Shown here in pieces: positions 12,716 through 29,008 of a stretch of DNA of 64,000 nt. Location of the stretch: the NCBI GenBank assembly GCA_964016885.1, contig OZ024745.1:103416001-103480000 (forward strand). Reading direction: 5' to 3'. The first letter of the stretch is position 1, and the number at the start of each line of letters is the position of its first letter. Source of the DNA: Eledone cirrhosa. Its lineage: Eukaryota. The notes beneath the pieces were generated by a model. It was given only the letters and a program-made list of their open reading frames with translations. It was not told where the DNA came from and did no database searches. A program made the position numbers and the translations under genes.

Positions 12716-14590
12716 AAAGCTACTTGTTGTGAATCTTGGACTCAGTGATGGCTATCACATCTATACAATGTGACCTGAGATCATTTAAAAGCTGGCCCTG
12801 CTTCCAGGGCATGCCCAGGCCACATACATTCAAACATTCAACTTGTATAGTCGCCTTGTTGGTGAAGAAGAGTTAAGGAGAGAAAAGGCAGGAACACTTA
12901 CCTTTTCGTTTCCTGGAAGTCGGGTTGTTCGATCTCCATGTCCAGATTGGGGGTGTTTGGAGGGAATCCTTTTAGCAGGACACGGTTAAGGGGTTTTTGA
13001 CAAGGGGGGGGGGGGCACATCATGTGGGAAGTTCCCTTTTAAAGTTTCGTACTGTAGGGTTGTTACCCCAATAGGTTTGAGGTTTGGGGGTGGGTCGTTG
13101 GGTGGGAAGGTTTTCCCTTCCGTTTGTATTGTGGGGTCCTTTTGGACAGTTTCCACCAGTTCTTTGTTTCTTGTTTTTATAAATGTGTAATGTGTTTTGT
13201 TTTTTATGTGTACTGTTTCTGTTTGTAGTTTTCTTTTTATGGTTAGGGTTTGTATTGTTGTGGTGTGGGTGTTTGTTTTGTTGGTGAAGTGTCTGGATGT
13301 GTTGTTGATGTGGTTGTCATTTGTGGCAGTATGTTTATGTCAGTGTTGTGTGTGTGCGTGTTTTCAGTTGATGTTTTTGTTGTATTTTTTCTGTGTCTTT
13401 TTTGCTTCTTGGATTTTGGGGGTTCCTCTTCATCCTCACTTGGAGATGTTGAGGTTCCCGTGTCTGAGATTTTATCATTGTGGGTAGGTAGGAGGGGTAT
13501 GTTGTGTGGTGGTGGAGTGTTTATGTGTGTGTTTGTGGGAGTGTCGGACAGAGGGGGAAGGGGTGGGACAGAGTCCTACAGGGGAATATTTGGTGTGGTG
13601 TCTTTTGTGGTTTGTGATGGTTGGGTGAATGTTGATGGTTTGGGGGTTGTGTTTTTTTGTTTTCAGGTGTGTCTGTTGTAGTTTTGGCTTTGGCAACAGC
13701 GCCTTCTTTTGTTTTTCCACATCCATCATTGGGCAAAATGCTTTTAAATGTGTTTATTCCACATTGGAAACATTGTGGTCTTTTGCCCTCCACTGCGATG
13801 AGGACAACATGGTTATCATCCACCGGCACCCTTTCCGGTATTTTTTCAATCCTCTTCGGTTTCATTTGAACCAAAAGCTCCATTAAGGTCCTGCTCCAGT
13901 TCTGTCGGATTGATTTTTTTACAGAGAGGAGGTTGTCTTCACCCTCCTCCAAAAAACCACCCAGGATCCACCAAATGTTGGTGTTCAGTGGGATCTGGGA
14001 GATCCTTATTTTATGGGTTCTTCTTCCCATGTATGTTGGTAAGATGTGTTGGCTCGTTCTAAATGGAGCCACAGAATATTTCTGGGCAAGGGCCTCGCTT
14101 TTAAAGAGCACCTATATGCTCCCGTACTGCTTGGACCTCTGGAGGTAAGCAATGTCTGGCATTGCCTCCTTTAGTGCGGTTTCCACCGTGCTATTGCTTA
14201 AAGCCATAGGTTTCTTGGTTTGTGAGCAGATCGTCCCGAAGAAAATTGTTTTTCTTAAGGTCGCGGCCCTAATTTCTGGTGGGGTACTTATTTGACAGCC
14301 GTTACCCTCGAAAGTTATATGTTGCACAGCGGCCTTTAGGTTTTGTTATATGTTGCACAGCATCCTTTAGGTTTGGTTTGACAGATTTATTTCTATAAAC
14401 TCTGTCTCTTTGGCAAGGCTTTCTGCAAACGTTTTTTTTTTTTGTGGTGTTTGGTTGTTTTCGTTTGTGCTGTAGTTGTTGTTTTATATTTATATATACG
14501 TATATATATTTATATATACGTATAAATAAATAGTTGCTGAAATGCTGAAAGCATCTGGAAGGGTGGGACACACTATCGTCACTCGGATAG
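12716..14590 (-). mobile_element. L1/Tx1-like LINE 5' half (5' UTR, disrupted ORF1, start of ORF2 APE domain)
   Basis: ORFs 14112-14327 and 13521-14111 end in VEGKRPQCFQCG (zinc-knuckle start); 12720-12854 translates to ATIQVECLNVCGL...KQGQLLNDLRSHCIDVIAITESK, the APE N-terminal LNVxGL/DVIxxxE motif. Confidence 0.75.
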
Positions 14591-14899
14591 TAAACGTACA
14601 TGCATATATGTATACAGACGTACAGTAGTATGTATACATATATACATACATGCACACATATATATGTACGTATGTATACATACTACTGTACGTCTGTATA
14701 CATATATGTATGTACGTGTACATACTTATATTTAAGTAACAGCCGTACTAAGAGTGGGAAATGAAATTTCGTTTCATTTTTTCCGTTTATCGTTTTCGGT
14801 GCACCCGGCCGATTAACCCACTCGGTATGCAAATTGGGCTACTCAGCCGTTAATATGCATAAGGTAAGTATATACGTTCAAAATCTGGCAGAAAGGTAT

Positions 14900-14942
14900 A
14901 CGTTGCTGACGATAGCTAATAAGCTTGAAACTAGTACAGCGT
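14900..14942 (+). ncRNA. Type I hammerhead ribozyme (F1)
   Basis: acgttg CTGACGA t-agct-aata-agct-t GAAA ctag TA cagcgt; predicted cleavage after 14936. Confidence 0.85.
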
Positions 14943-15319
14943 TCCTTTGTCAGTGTTGAACAAACGAGCAACGATGGTTGCTAGACACTACGGCCTAATA
15001 CGGGATGTTTGTTTACAAACACACCGAGCATTATAATAAATGTTCGGTGAATCCATACGTACATATATATATGTGTGCATGTAAGTAGATATATAAACAT
15101 ACTACTGTACGTCTGTATACATATATGTATGTACGTGTACATACTTATATTTAAGTAACAGCCGCACTAAGAGTGGGAAATGAAATTTCGTTTCATTTTT
15201 TCCGTTTATCGTTTTTGGCGCCCCCGGCCGATTAACCCAGTTGATATGCAAATTGGGCTACTCAGCCGTTAATATGCATAAGGTAAGTATATACGTTCAA
15301 CAATCTGGCAGGAAGGTAT

Positions 15320-15362
15320 ACGTTGCTGACGATAGCTAATCAGCTTGAAACTAGTACAGCGT
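15320..15362 (+). ncRNA. Type I hammerhead ribozyme (F1)
   Basis: Same motif 420 bp downstream; predicted cleavage after 15356. Confidence 0.85.
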
Positions 15363-15585
15363 TCCTTTGTCAGTGTTGAACAAAGGAGCAACGATGGTTG
15401 CTAGACACTACGGCTTAATACGGGATGTTTGTTTACAAACACACCGACCATTATAATAAATGTTCGGTGAATCCATACGTACATATATATATGTGTGCAT
15501 GTATGTAGATATATATACATACTACTGTACGTCTGTATACATACATGTATGTACGTGTACATACTTATATGTATATATATATATA

Positions 15586-15635
<50 letters not shown>

Positions 15636-16030
15636 GAAAATTTGGCATTGGGAGCTGGACCAACCGTCGAACAGGACGTCACTGTGTGGTGCCAAAGGTC
15701 CAGTCTTCAACATCTAGAATAAGGAGCAGATATTGCAATAGCCCGAGGTTCAAGGGCCCTCAACTCTTCAACAAGCTGCCGAGGGATCTGAGAGATCTGC
15801 ATGGTGTGGATGTGGATGTCTTCAAGAAACATCTCAACATCTTGCTATCCAGGTTCCCGGATGAGCCCACAGCAAGGCACGAGGGAAACCTAAGGGCAGC
15901 AGCAACAAACTCCCTCTTGCACCAGTGGCCAACCAATACAGGCTGGAGATGAAATGACTAGCAACAAGGGCGGTGGCCCAGCGTGGCCTCAGCCGGATGG
16001 CTAGAACAGGTAAAAGAGTAAAAGAGTAAT
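15636..16030 (+). mobile_element. CR1-group LINE 3' fragment
   Basis: GPQLFNKLPRDLR...FKKHLNILLSRFPDEP...RAAATNSL C-terminal motif; (gtaaaaga)n tail; TA tracts on both sides. Confidence 0.75.
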
Positions 16031-16215
16031 ATATATATATATCTGTATATATATATATATATATAAATGTTGAGTATATGTTGGTTGTATACCAACACCT
16101 CAGTATGCAGATTGGAGCACTCGACGAAGTGTGCAGGTTGGTTTGGTTACTCCTGTGTAATGTAAAATAAAATAAAATAAATAAGTCAAATGTTTTTAAT
16201 TTGGCCTCGTTTATT

Positions 16216-16270
16216 ACTGGTATATATATTTCGGTGACAGCCATTTTTGGCTGTGACCTCTTCAGGCAGT
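16216..16270 (-). ncRNA. Type I hammerhead ribozyme (F2)
   Basis: Minus strand: actgc CTGAAGA ggtcacagcc-aaaaat-ggctgtcacc GAAA tatata TA ccagt. Confidence 0.8.
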
Positions 16271-16889
16271 CCGAATTAATGTGGTAGAGACGAGTACACA
16301 TGTTGTTGAGATGTATAACTTTGTCAATACTCTGATATGCCCAGTTCCTGGTTGGGTTGTTATTTCACTGAGGAACTGGAATCATATGAATTCAAACAAA
16401 CGAATTTCAGCGTCAAAGGGCCTCTTCTCCTCTCATTGGTCAGTTGTTAGAACATTCCTCAGTCAAAAGTCTATAGAAATGTTGGTAGTGGTGTTGTTGT
16501 TGGAGTCAGCTAAAAAAATGATAAAGTGGTAGAAGGAATAAGATGGTAAAGGAACAAAATAAAATAAAATAATTGAATAAAATGTGTGTGTGTGTTATAC
16601 CCATCTCAATGTTATAAAGATTTGTAAGGTCACTCTTCCCATTGGTCAGTTTTGAGAGCATTCCTCAGTCCAAAGTCTATAGAAATTCTTTCTGGGGTGA
16701 GGCTCCCTGTAGTGTTTGTGTTTGCTATTGTTAAGTACATCTGACCTCTACCCTTATTTTGGTAGTGTTGTTGGTGTTGTGGTCAGCTTATGTCTTGCTG
16801 CTGCTGACAATTTAGAATTATCTGTGTGTGTGTTTCTTTATCCCTCCTGCCACCATCTCCCGTGGTGGTGTGGGGGGGGTCTACCATGT

Positions 16890-17303
16890 ATATGAAGAAA
16901 TAGAAGGCAATAAAATGAAGAAAATAGATAAAGGTGAGCTTGCCCTCACAAGTGCTGAGAAGAAAGATGCATGGAAGAGCCATTATGATAGATTACTAAA
17001 TGAGGATAATGCATGGGAAGAAGAGACCCTACCCCAAGTAGATCCTATAGAGGGGCCGGCAGTACAAGTCAGCAGCAGCTTAGTAAATAAGGCAATCAAA
17101 ATATGAAGACGAGGAAGGCAGCCGGTCCATCGGGTATAGCATGTTGGTGTTAGGAAGGGCATCCAGCAGTAGAAAACCTGCCAGACAGTCCTATATGAGC
17201 GAGACACGGTCACCCGACCAACCTTGCCTCAAGTGGGACAACTCCCGTCTAATCCATGCTAGCATGGAAGATGGACGTTAAACAAAGATTATGATGATGA
17301 TGA
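16890..17303 (+). mobile_element. Internally deleted RTE LINE (pre-RT segment fused to 3' UTR and tail)
   Basis: KKDAWKSHYDRLLNEDNAWE...DPIEGP..KAAGPSGIA joined directly to tgttggtgttaggaagggcatccag...gacgttaaac(gat)n. Confidence 0.8.
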
Positions 17304-17396
17304 TATATATATCTGTATATATATAAATATATATATATATATATAAAATAAAATAAAATAAATAAGTCAAATGTTTAAAATTTGGCTTCGTTTATT

Positions 17397-17451
17397 ACTG
17401 CTATATCTATTTCGGTGAGAGCCATCTTTGGCTGTGACCTCTTCAGGCAGT
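17397..17451 (-). ncRNA. Type I hammerhead ribozyme (F2)
   Basis: Minus strand: actgc CTGAAGA ggtcacagcc-aaagat-ggctctcacc GAAA tagata TA gcagt; perfect 5-bp stem I. Confidence 0.8.
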
Positions 17452-17456
17452 CCGAA

Positions 17457-17900
17457 TTGTATGACGCCTGTATACAAACAGCAATGCTACATGGCAGTGA
17501 GACATGAGCATTACATGCAGAAGACCTGCGCAGGTGGAAACGAATGAAGCATGCATGCTCCATTGGATGTGTAATAGTAATATACGTGAACGGCAAAGCA
17601 TAAATGAACTAAGTGAGAAATTAGGAATAAGAGGGATCAGATGCTGTTTACTTGTGAGAAGACTACGTTGGTATGGCCACGTGATGCACATGAAAGACGA
17701 CAGCTGTATAAAAAAGTGCAGGGCGATCAAAATTGATGGAAGTTACGGAGTAGGTAGACCCAGACAAACCTGGGACGATCTGATAAATTCCGACCTTACA
17801 CACTTACACCTCTCTAAGACAATGTCACTGGACTGAGATGTTTGGCGCTATGCAGTAATACAGAAGACCCGCCTTGCCTATGTACAAAGCAAAACCTACA
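17457..17900 (+). mobile_element. RTE LINE C-terminal fragment
   Basis: NEACMLHWMCNS...RRLRWYGHVMHMKDD...GRPRQTW. Confidence 0.9.
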
Positions 17901-17959
17901 GATCTAATTATCTCCTGTGATTATTCATGTATTTTTATATGTTAATCTATCTCTAGTTA

Positions 17960-18375
<416 letters not shown>

Positions 18376-18418
18376 TATATATACAGATAAAAAATCTAAA
18401 TATACAGATAGGAAATAT

Positions 18419-20705
18419 ATGTATGATTTCATTACTTACAAGAATCCACCACACAACTCTCTACTTGAAGACTTTGAGAAAGACCTTTTTAATTTAATTA
18501 AACACCTCAAATTTAAGAAGTATAAATCTATCTTTCAAAAGGACCTTGATTCTACCCTATTGGACCTAAAAAAGTCTAAAAAAATCCATGTCCACTCGGA
18601 CAAAACTGGAAACTTATATCACATGGATATTGAAAATTACAATGAGTTCATATATAAAGAACTCAGGAAAAATTATAGAAAAACTAATAATGCGTCACTC
18701 ACCAACATCAACAACAAAACACACAACATAGTGAATAAACTAAATATTGAAGATAGAACTGAACCTTTGGCATTGAAAAAACCACACTTCAACCTGAAAA
18801 ATCAAACTTTAACTCAAATCCTTCTATAAGACTTATATGTCCCTCCAAATCTGATATTGGAATAATTAGCAAAAACATTTTGGATAGAGTCATCCCACAA
18901 ATAAGAAAACATGTTAATTTACCACTCTGGGAAAACACTTCCCAGGTAATTAACTGGTTTAAAAATATTAGATGTAAATCTTCTGCTTCATTTCTACAAT
19001 TTGATATAGATAATTACTATTCTTCTATATCACCTATACTCCTGAACAAAGCTTTGATATTTGCAAAAAATAGATCTAACTTAACTTTGGATGACATTAA
19101 TATTATTACACATGCTAGACTAACACTTATTGAATTTCAGAATGAATACTGGACCAGAAACACATATAGTAATCTATTTGATATTACTATGGGTTCAAGC
19201 GATTCTGCCCAAATTACTGATCTTGTGGGCCTCTTTCTTCTTTTTAACATAAATGCTTCCTTTCCCCACCTTAAAGGTGGTTTATATCGTGATGACTGTC
19301 TTCTTCTTTCCAACAACCTTAGCCTCTCAGAAATAGAAAAAAACAAAAAGCTTATTAGAACTTTCCTTAAAGACTATTATAGTCTTCATATTACTTTTGA
19401 AAACACAAGTAAAGTAGTTAATTTCCTAGATATAACTTTAGACTTAGCTACGGGTATCTACCAACCTTACCATAAACCCAACCAAAACTTACACTACATA
19501 CACTCACAATCTAATCACCCTAAATCTATCCTTAAAAACCTTGCATATAATATATCACTTAGAATTTCTAACCTTTCGTCTAACCAAGATGTATTTGATA
19601 AAAATGCGACCTTCTATAACGAAGCTCTAGATAGAAGTGGCCACAAAAATAGATTGGAATATATACCTTCTACTAATAACACTATAAACATACAACCTAA
19701 TATTACCAACAAACACCAAATGAAAAGTACACACCTAAATGCCACTCACACTATACCCCAAAATGCCAACATAAAACCAAATTTCTCTAACTCCTCTAAT
19801 ATAAAGTATAGTAACTCTCAAAAAACTACTCATCATACAACTCTAATAAATGTTAATAATAAAACTCCTAATAAACAAGCTAAAACACCTAAATCAATAA
19901 ATCTAACTAAAAATGTGCGTGGTGAGGTCATTAACATTAATCCTCCTAGTAAACATCACGATGCATCCTATAAAAACAATAAACAACATAGAAACCGTAA
20001 TAGACGAGTTACTTGGTATAATGCTCCATTTAATTTACAAATTAAGGATAATATAGCTAAAAAAATGTTTAATATTCTAGAGAAAAACTTCCCGCCAAAC
20101 CACAAATACCATCAAATCTTAAATAGATCAACAGTTAAATTCTCATACTCAACAACCAAAAACATAAAACAAAATATAAGTGCCTATAATGCATATAAAT
20201 GTAAAAAAAAACCATAAGTATACTACCAATACATCAAACTAACCATAATATCTCCTCAAATACAGAATTAACGAAAGGTTGTAACTGTAGAAACAAAGCA
20301 AACTGCCCATTAAAAGGAAATTGTCTTGTTAACAACATAGTTTATAAATGTAAAGTTAAAACTAAAGATTCTATTTGCTCATATATAGGAGCTACTTCTA
20401 ACAATTTTAAGGTAAGGTTTAATACCCACAAACATAGTTTTAAAAATGCCGCACTGGCTAATACAACATCTCTAGCAGAAAAAATTAATAGTTATAGAAA
20501 TAAGAATATAGAATATGATATGACCTGGAGTGTGCTCAAAAGAGCCACCCCTTATCAAAATAATAGAAATGAATGTAGATTGTGTTCCCAAGAACTATTT
20601 GAAATAATGAAATCTAAGGATATCCTATTAAATAAGCGACAGGAATTAATTATATCGTGTAATCATAAACTGAGAAAAACATTTAAATATTATAAACCTA
20701 ATTAA
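18419..20705 (+). pseudogene. PLE RT/GIY-YIG polyprotein broken by frameshifts (about 18800 and 20210)
   Basis: ORFs 18419-18829, 18880-20217 and 20520-20705 are collinear pieces of one PLE ORF. Confidence 0.88.
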
Positions 20706-21600
20706 TAATATATATTTTAGAAATTAATATATAAATTAATTTAAATGTAGTTAACCTATAATTTTAATTTAATTAAAATTCTACTACAGATGAAATTTAA
20801 AAAATATCGTGTAATCATAAACTGTGAAAAACTTTTAAATATTATTAACATAATTAATATATACTTTGGAAATTAATATATAGATTAATTTTAGTTTATT
20901 TAACCTTTTATTAAAATTCCTTTACAGATGAAATATAACAAAATATCGTGTAATCAATAACAGAGAAATACTTTTTAATATTATAAACCTAATTAATATA
21001 CAATTTAGAAATTAATTTATAAATTAATTTTAATTTAGTTAACCTATAATTTTAATGTAGTTAGCTTAAAATTAAAATTCTAATACAGATGGATTGCAGA
21101 ATATCGTGTAATCATAAACTGAGAAAAACTTTTAAATATATACCTAATTAATATATTCTTTACAAATAAATATATAGATTAATTTTAATTGAGTTAACCT
21201 ATAATTATATTCTACTATAGATAAAATACAAAATTTTGCTCTAATCATTATAAACCTAATTAACATATACTATAGAAATTAATATATAATTTTTAATTTA
21301 GTTAACCTATAATTAATATTCTACTACCGATGTAATACTTAATTTGGCTTTCCCTATTACAAAATTCATTTCCTAAAATAAATTGATACCATCATGTTAA
21401 TATCTTTAATTTAGTTATGCTATAATTAATACTCTACTACTGTTTAACTTCAAAATTCCGCTTTAAATATTATAAACCTAAGTAGTATACACCTTAGAAA
21501 TTAATATATTAACTATTTTTACTTTAATTAACCTATAATTAATAGTCTACTTATATTAAAATGCATAATTTAGCCTTCTTTCTTACAAATACCATTTCCT
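20650..21600 (+). repeat. Degenerating 140-155-bp tandem repeat seeded by the PLE stop-codon region
   Basis: atatcgtgtaatca at about 20652, 20804, 20943 and 21100; tataaacctaattaa and ttaacctataatt recur further downstream. Confidence 0.8.
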
Positions 21601-21798
21601 AATACTGACACTACTATGTAAACACATATTATGATTTAAATGCAGATTAATATTCTATGTTCCTTGAAACCTATATTTACTATTTCCCACTAATAATTTT
21701 AATCCCCCCCCCCCATAATTATTCGTATTTGTAAGCGTGGATATATGTATGTGTATGTAAGTATGTATGTATGTTTGTGTGTAAATAAGTGTGTATGA

Positions 21799-21840
<42 letters not shown>

Positions 21841-21932
21841 GTGTATGTATGTATGTGTATGTATATGTATTTGTAGAGATGTGTGTATGTATGTGTATAT
21901 ATGTGCATAATTGTCTGACTGTGTGTAGTTAT

Positions 21933-21978
<46 letters not shown>

Positions 21979-22121
21979 ATGTATGTCTCTATATTTATGT
22001 ATGTCTGAGTGTGTGTGTGTGTATGTGTGGTTGTGTGTATATATACATGGGTAAGTGTGTGTATGTATATATATGTATATGTATGTGTGTGTGTATATAT
22101 ATGTGTGTATATATATGTGTG

Positions 22122-22176
<55 letters not shown>

Positions 22177-22240
22177 ATGTATGTGTGTATGTGTGTGTAC
22201 ATATATGTATATATGTATATATGTGTGTTGTGTGTATGTG

Positions 22241-22316
<76 letters not shown>

Positions 22317-22329
22317 CATATATATATAC

Positions 22330-22414
<85 letters not shown>

Positions 22415-22437
22415 TATATATATATATATATATATAT

Positions 22438-23301
22438 AATGGAAAATTTGAACAGGAACAAGACAGAGAGGCAGTACAACGAATGTTTATTAATTTCACG
22501 CTCTTGAGAGTGGGGTGGTGATGGGGAACGACGTTTCGGGCATAAGCCCTTCTTCAGATGAAAAGTGTGTGGGAAGAGAGTTCAAAGGGTGTGTAGGGGA
22601 GTGGTGGAGAGACATATAGCAAAAGGGGGGTGGGAGGAAACGGTGCATATGAAATTAAAAATAAAAGCATGATCAAATTAAAATTAAAATGGGGTAAAAC
22701 AGGTGGTGGAAGGGTGTGGGGCGTGTAGGGGTGGTGGCGGGTGGAGTGGGGAGAGGGAGACGGGGTGTCCGAGCGGGGAGGGCTGAAGGTGGTGTGTGTG
22801 TGTAGATGTACGTGTGTGTGTGTGTGTATGTGAAAGCAAGGGTTGGGGGGAAAATGGGGTTGCATGTTCAGGAAGAGGTGTGTGTGGGGTGGGGTGTAGG
22901 TCGGAGTGTGTGTGCGTGTGGATAGAGGGTGGGGGAGAGGAATTCGGAGGCTGAATGTGTAAATATGTGGTGGAGCGCACGTGTGTGTGTGATGTTTAAG
23001 CGTGTTGTGGGTGTAGGTGGCGTGTAGGAAAAAAAATTTGTTTGGGTGTGTGTGTGGATGAGTCATAAAGGTGATTTGGGTGTGTGCGTGTGATAAGGGG
23101 GGGAGGAGAAGAAGGGAGGGATGTTAGTATGTTAGTTGGGGAAGGGTGGTCGGATGTGGGGTGGAGTGGAGGTGTTAGTATTGTTAGTTGTGGGGTTGGC
23201 GGTGAAAAGGAGGGGTGTGTTAGTGGTGTTAGTGGGGGATATGTGTGGGGGGAGGGGGGCGGTCGAAGGCTAAAGGAATAAGGGTGGGGAGTTCAGGCCG
23301 G
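22438..23301 (-). mobile_element. PLE 3' terminal fragment of the 34982-37790 family, internally deleted, with HHR core
   Basis: 22440-23060 matches 34985-35650 and 23080-23301 matches 36450-36662; HHR core ctgaagaagggcttatgcccgaaacgtc on the minus strand at 22530-22557; TA tracts on both sides. Confidence 0.88.
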
Positions 23302-23316
23302 TATATATATATATAC

Positions 23317-23404
<88 letters not shown>

Positions 23405-23407
23405 TAT

Positions 23408-25262
23408 TGTAACAAGAATATTTATATTTATATATGTTTGATATAACTATAAATATGTGGGGTAGTACTATGTATTAGCCGGTTACCAGTATGAAAAAAG
23501 GCTGAATGCGAATTTTCAAGTGTTTTACAGAGCCGAGATACAAAGTGTTAAAACGATCATATTTTAGTTTAGAACATTTATTTGCTGACAATTGTTTCTT
23601 CCAGAGAGAAGTCTGGTTTCATCGGAGCATAATTAATGTCGAAACATGTTACTAAAATCCTAGTCATTCAGAACATTTAGGGTACATAATTGTTATTAGG
23701 GTCAAAGGCATCATGTGGAGAGTCAGGAGTTAAAAAGATGTTCTGCTTGAAAGAACACAATTACAGGCAGCACTGGTTGAAGGTGTAATAGGTATAAGTA
23801 AAAAGCACAAGCAAAAAAAACACAAGCAAAAAAACACAAGCAAAAAAGTTATAAGCAAGGAAAATTGGTGTACAATGCAGGAGCCAATACAGTCAATGAA
23901 GAAAGAGTTATAATGCAGTTGAAATAAACATATTTTGTGTGGGGTGTTATAGAATACTATATCATCATCATCATCATCATCATCATCATTTTACCTCCGC
24001 TTTTCCCTGCTTGCAAGGGTGGGACGGGTCTTATTCAGCACTGCATCTCTCCACTCGTCACGGTCCTTCGTCATCTCCGCCGTGAGCTTCAATGATCTGA
24101 GGTCTGTTCTCACCACCTCCGCCCATGTTTTTTGTGGTCTACCTCTACCACGTCTTCCTTCAACTGGCATTTCCTGGCACTTCTTCACCGATCGGTCATC
24201 CTCCATGCGCATCACATGTCCATACCACCTCAGTCTCCTCTCCCGTACACTACATTCTATCCCTCTCAGACACAGTTTCTCTCTCAACACATTTATGCTG
24301 GGTCGTTCACGCACATTTACACTGCACATCCAACGGAGCATGCTTGCCTCATTTCTCTCCAGCCGGCGCATATCCTCTGCAGTTGCTGCCCATGTCTCAC
24401 TACCATGCAGCATCGCGCTCCTCACAAAGGCATCATACAACCGGCCTTTCGAACGCAGGGAGAAACCCTTCTTCGTCAACAGAGGAAGCAGCTCCTAAAC
24501 TTCTTCCAACCCGTCCTTATTCTAGATACTATGGCCTCGGAACACCCTCCTCCCATGCTAATCTGATCTCCTAGATACCGGAAGCTATCCACCACTTCTA
24601 TAGCGCCCTCTTGCATTTGAAAAATGTCTCTATCAGTGCGACTTCTACTGTCTAATTTCCTTGTACATCGACTGCATACATATTTCTCCCTACCTGTTAG
24701 TTTGCCTGCTATCGCGCTATATCTCTTGTGTGCATTTTATAGAATTTATGCCAGTTCCTTTTCTGCATATCGAACATGGCCATTTCCCTGACGGAATCAG
24801 GGTTTTGTCCTCTTTTCTACTCATCAACACTTTTGTTATAATTGTTATAAATGTTTAAGATTGTGTGCAATTTGTTAGAGAGGCATGTGGTGATAATGTA
24901 GGTATTTTTTACGTAAGGTGTAATGCAAAGCATGTGATAGAGTTGGATATGTGATTTTCATTTAAGTGTTTTTGTGTTGTAGTTCGTATATATGTGTATG
25001 TGTCTTTTGTTACTCACAGCTATTAACCGTGGGATTATTTTGAGTCGTTTATAGTCAATAGGTGTTTGTTTGTTAAATGTAAATTCCGCCGAATTACTGG
25101 CCATGTTGTTATTTTAGGTATATTATATAAAATTACTAGGATTTTAGTAACATGTTTCGATATTCCTTATGCTCTGGTGATTCCAGACTTCCCTCTGGAA
25201 GAAAGAATTGTTAACAAATAAATGTTCTAAACTAAAATTAGAGAGTTGTAAAACTTTTTATG
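23408..25262. mobile_element. PLE-like non-coding element with diverged inverted ends, interrupted by an RTE fragment
   Basis: 23560-23665 is an imperfect inverted copy of 25135-25240; contains gaaacatgttactaaaat (HHR 3' half with palindromic stem III). Confidence 0.5.
23962..24835 (-). mobile_element. RTE LINE family A, 5'-truncated copy
   Basis: ORF 23991-24479 is nearly identical to the C-terminus of the 61918 ORF; (GAT)n tail. Confidence 0.95.
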
Positions 25263-25301
25263 TTTATATATATATAAAGATATATATATATGTATATATT
25301 C

Positions 25302-28626
<3,325 letters not shown>

Positions 28627-28708
28627 AAGTGTTAAAACGATCAAATTTTAGTATATATATATATCTGTATATATATATATATATATATATACGTACATAT
28701 ATATATAC

Positions 28709-28881
<173 letters not shown>

Positions 28882-28896
28882 TATATATATATAATA

Positions 28897-28928
<32 letters not shown>

Positions 28929-28944
28929 CGTGTGTGTATATATG

Positions 28945-29002
<58 letters not shown>

Positions 29003-29008
<6 letters not shown>

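Larger units (their letters stand above)
14670..15575 (+). mobile_element. 420-bp HHR-delimited tandem repeat (retrozyme-like), about 2.2 units
   Basis: tactactgtacgtctgtatac at 14681, 15100 and 15520; one HHR per unit; short inverted copy at 14592-14675; no ORF. Confidence 0.9.
18376..21730 (+). mobile_element. Penelope-like retroelement, AT-rich family, 5'-truncated and frameshifted
   Basis: SDKTGNLY, FDIDNYYSSI, ITMGS, GGLYRDD, VNFLDITLDL, YHKPN..YIHSQSNHP, then CNC....CPLKGNC, IVYKC...SYIG and CRLC..E: RT plus GIY-YIG. Confidence 0.92.

Noticed and set aside
12855-12902. GTAAGT donor plus pyrimidine tract as a host intron boundary
   Set aside because: Lies in the ORF1-ORF2 spacer of the L1/Tx1-like element.
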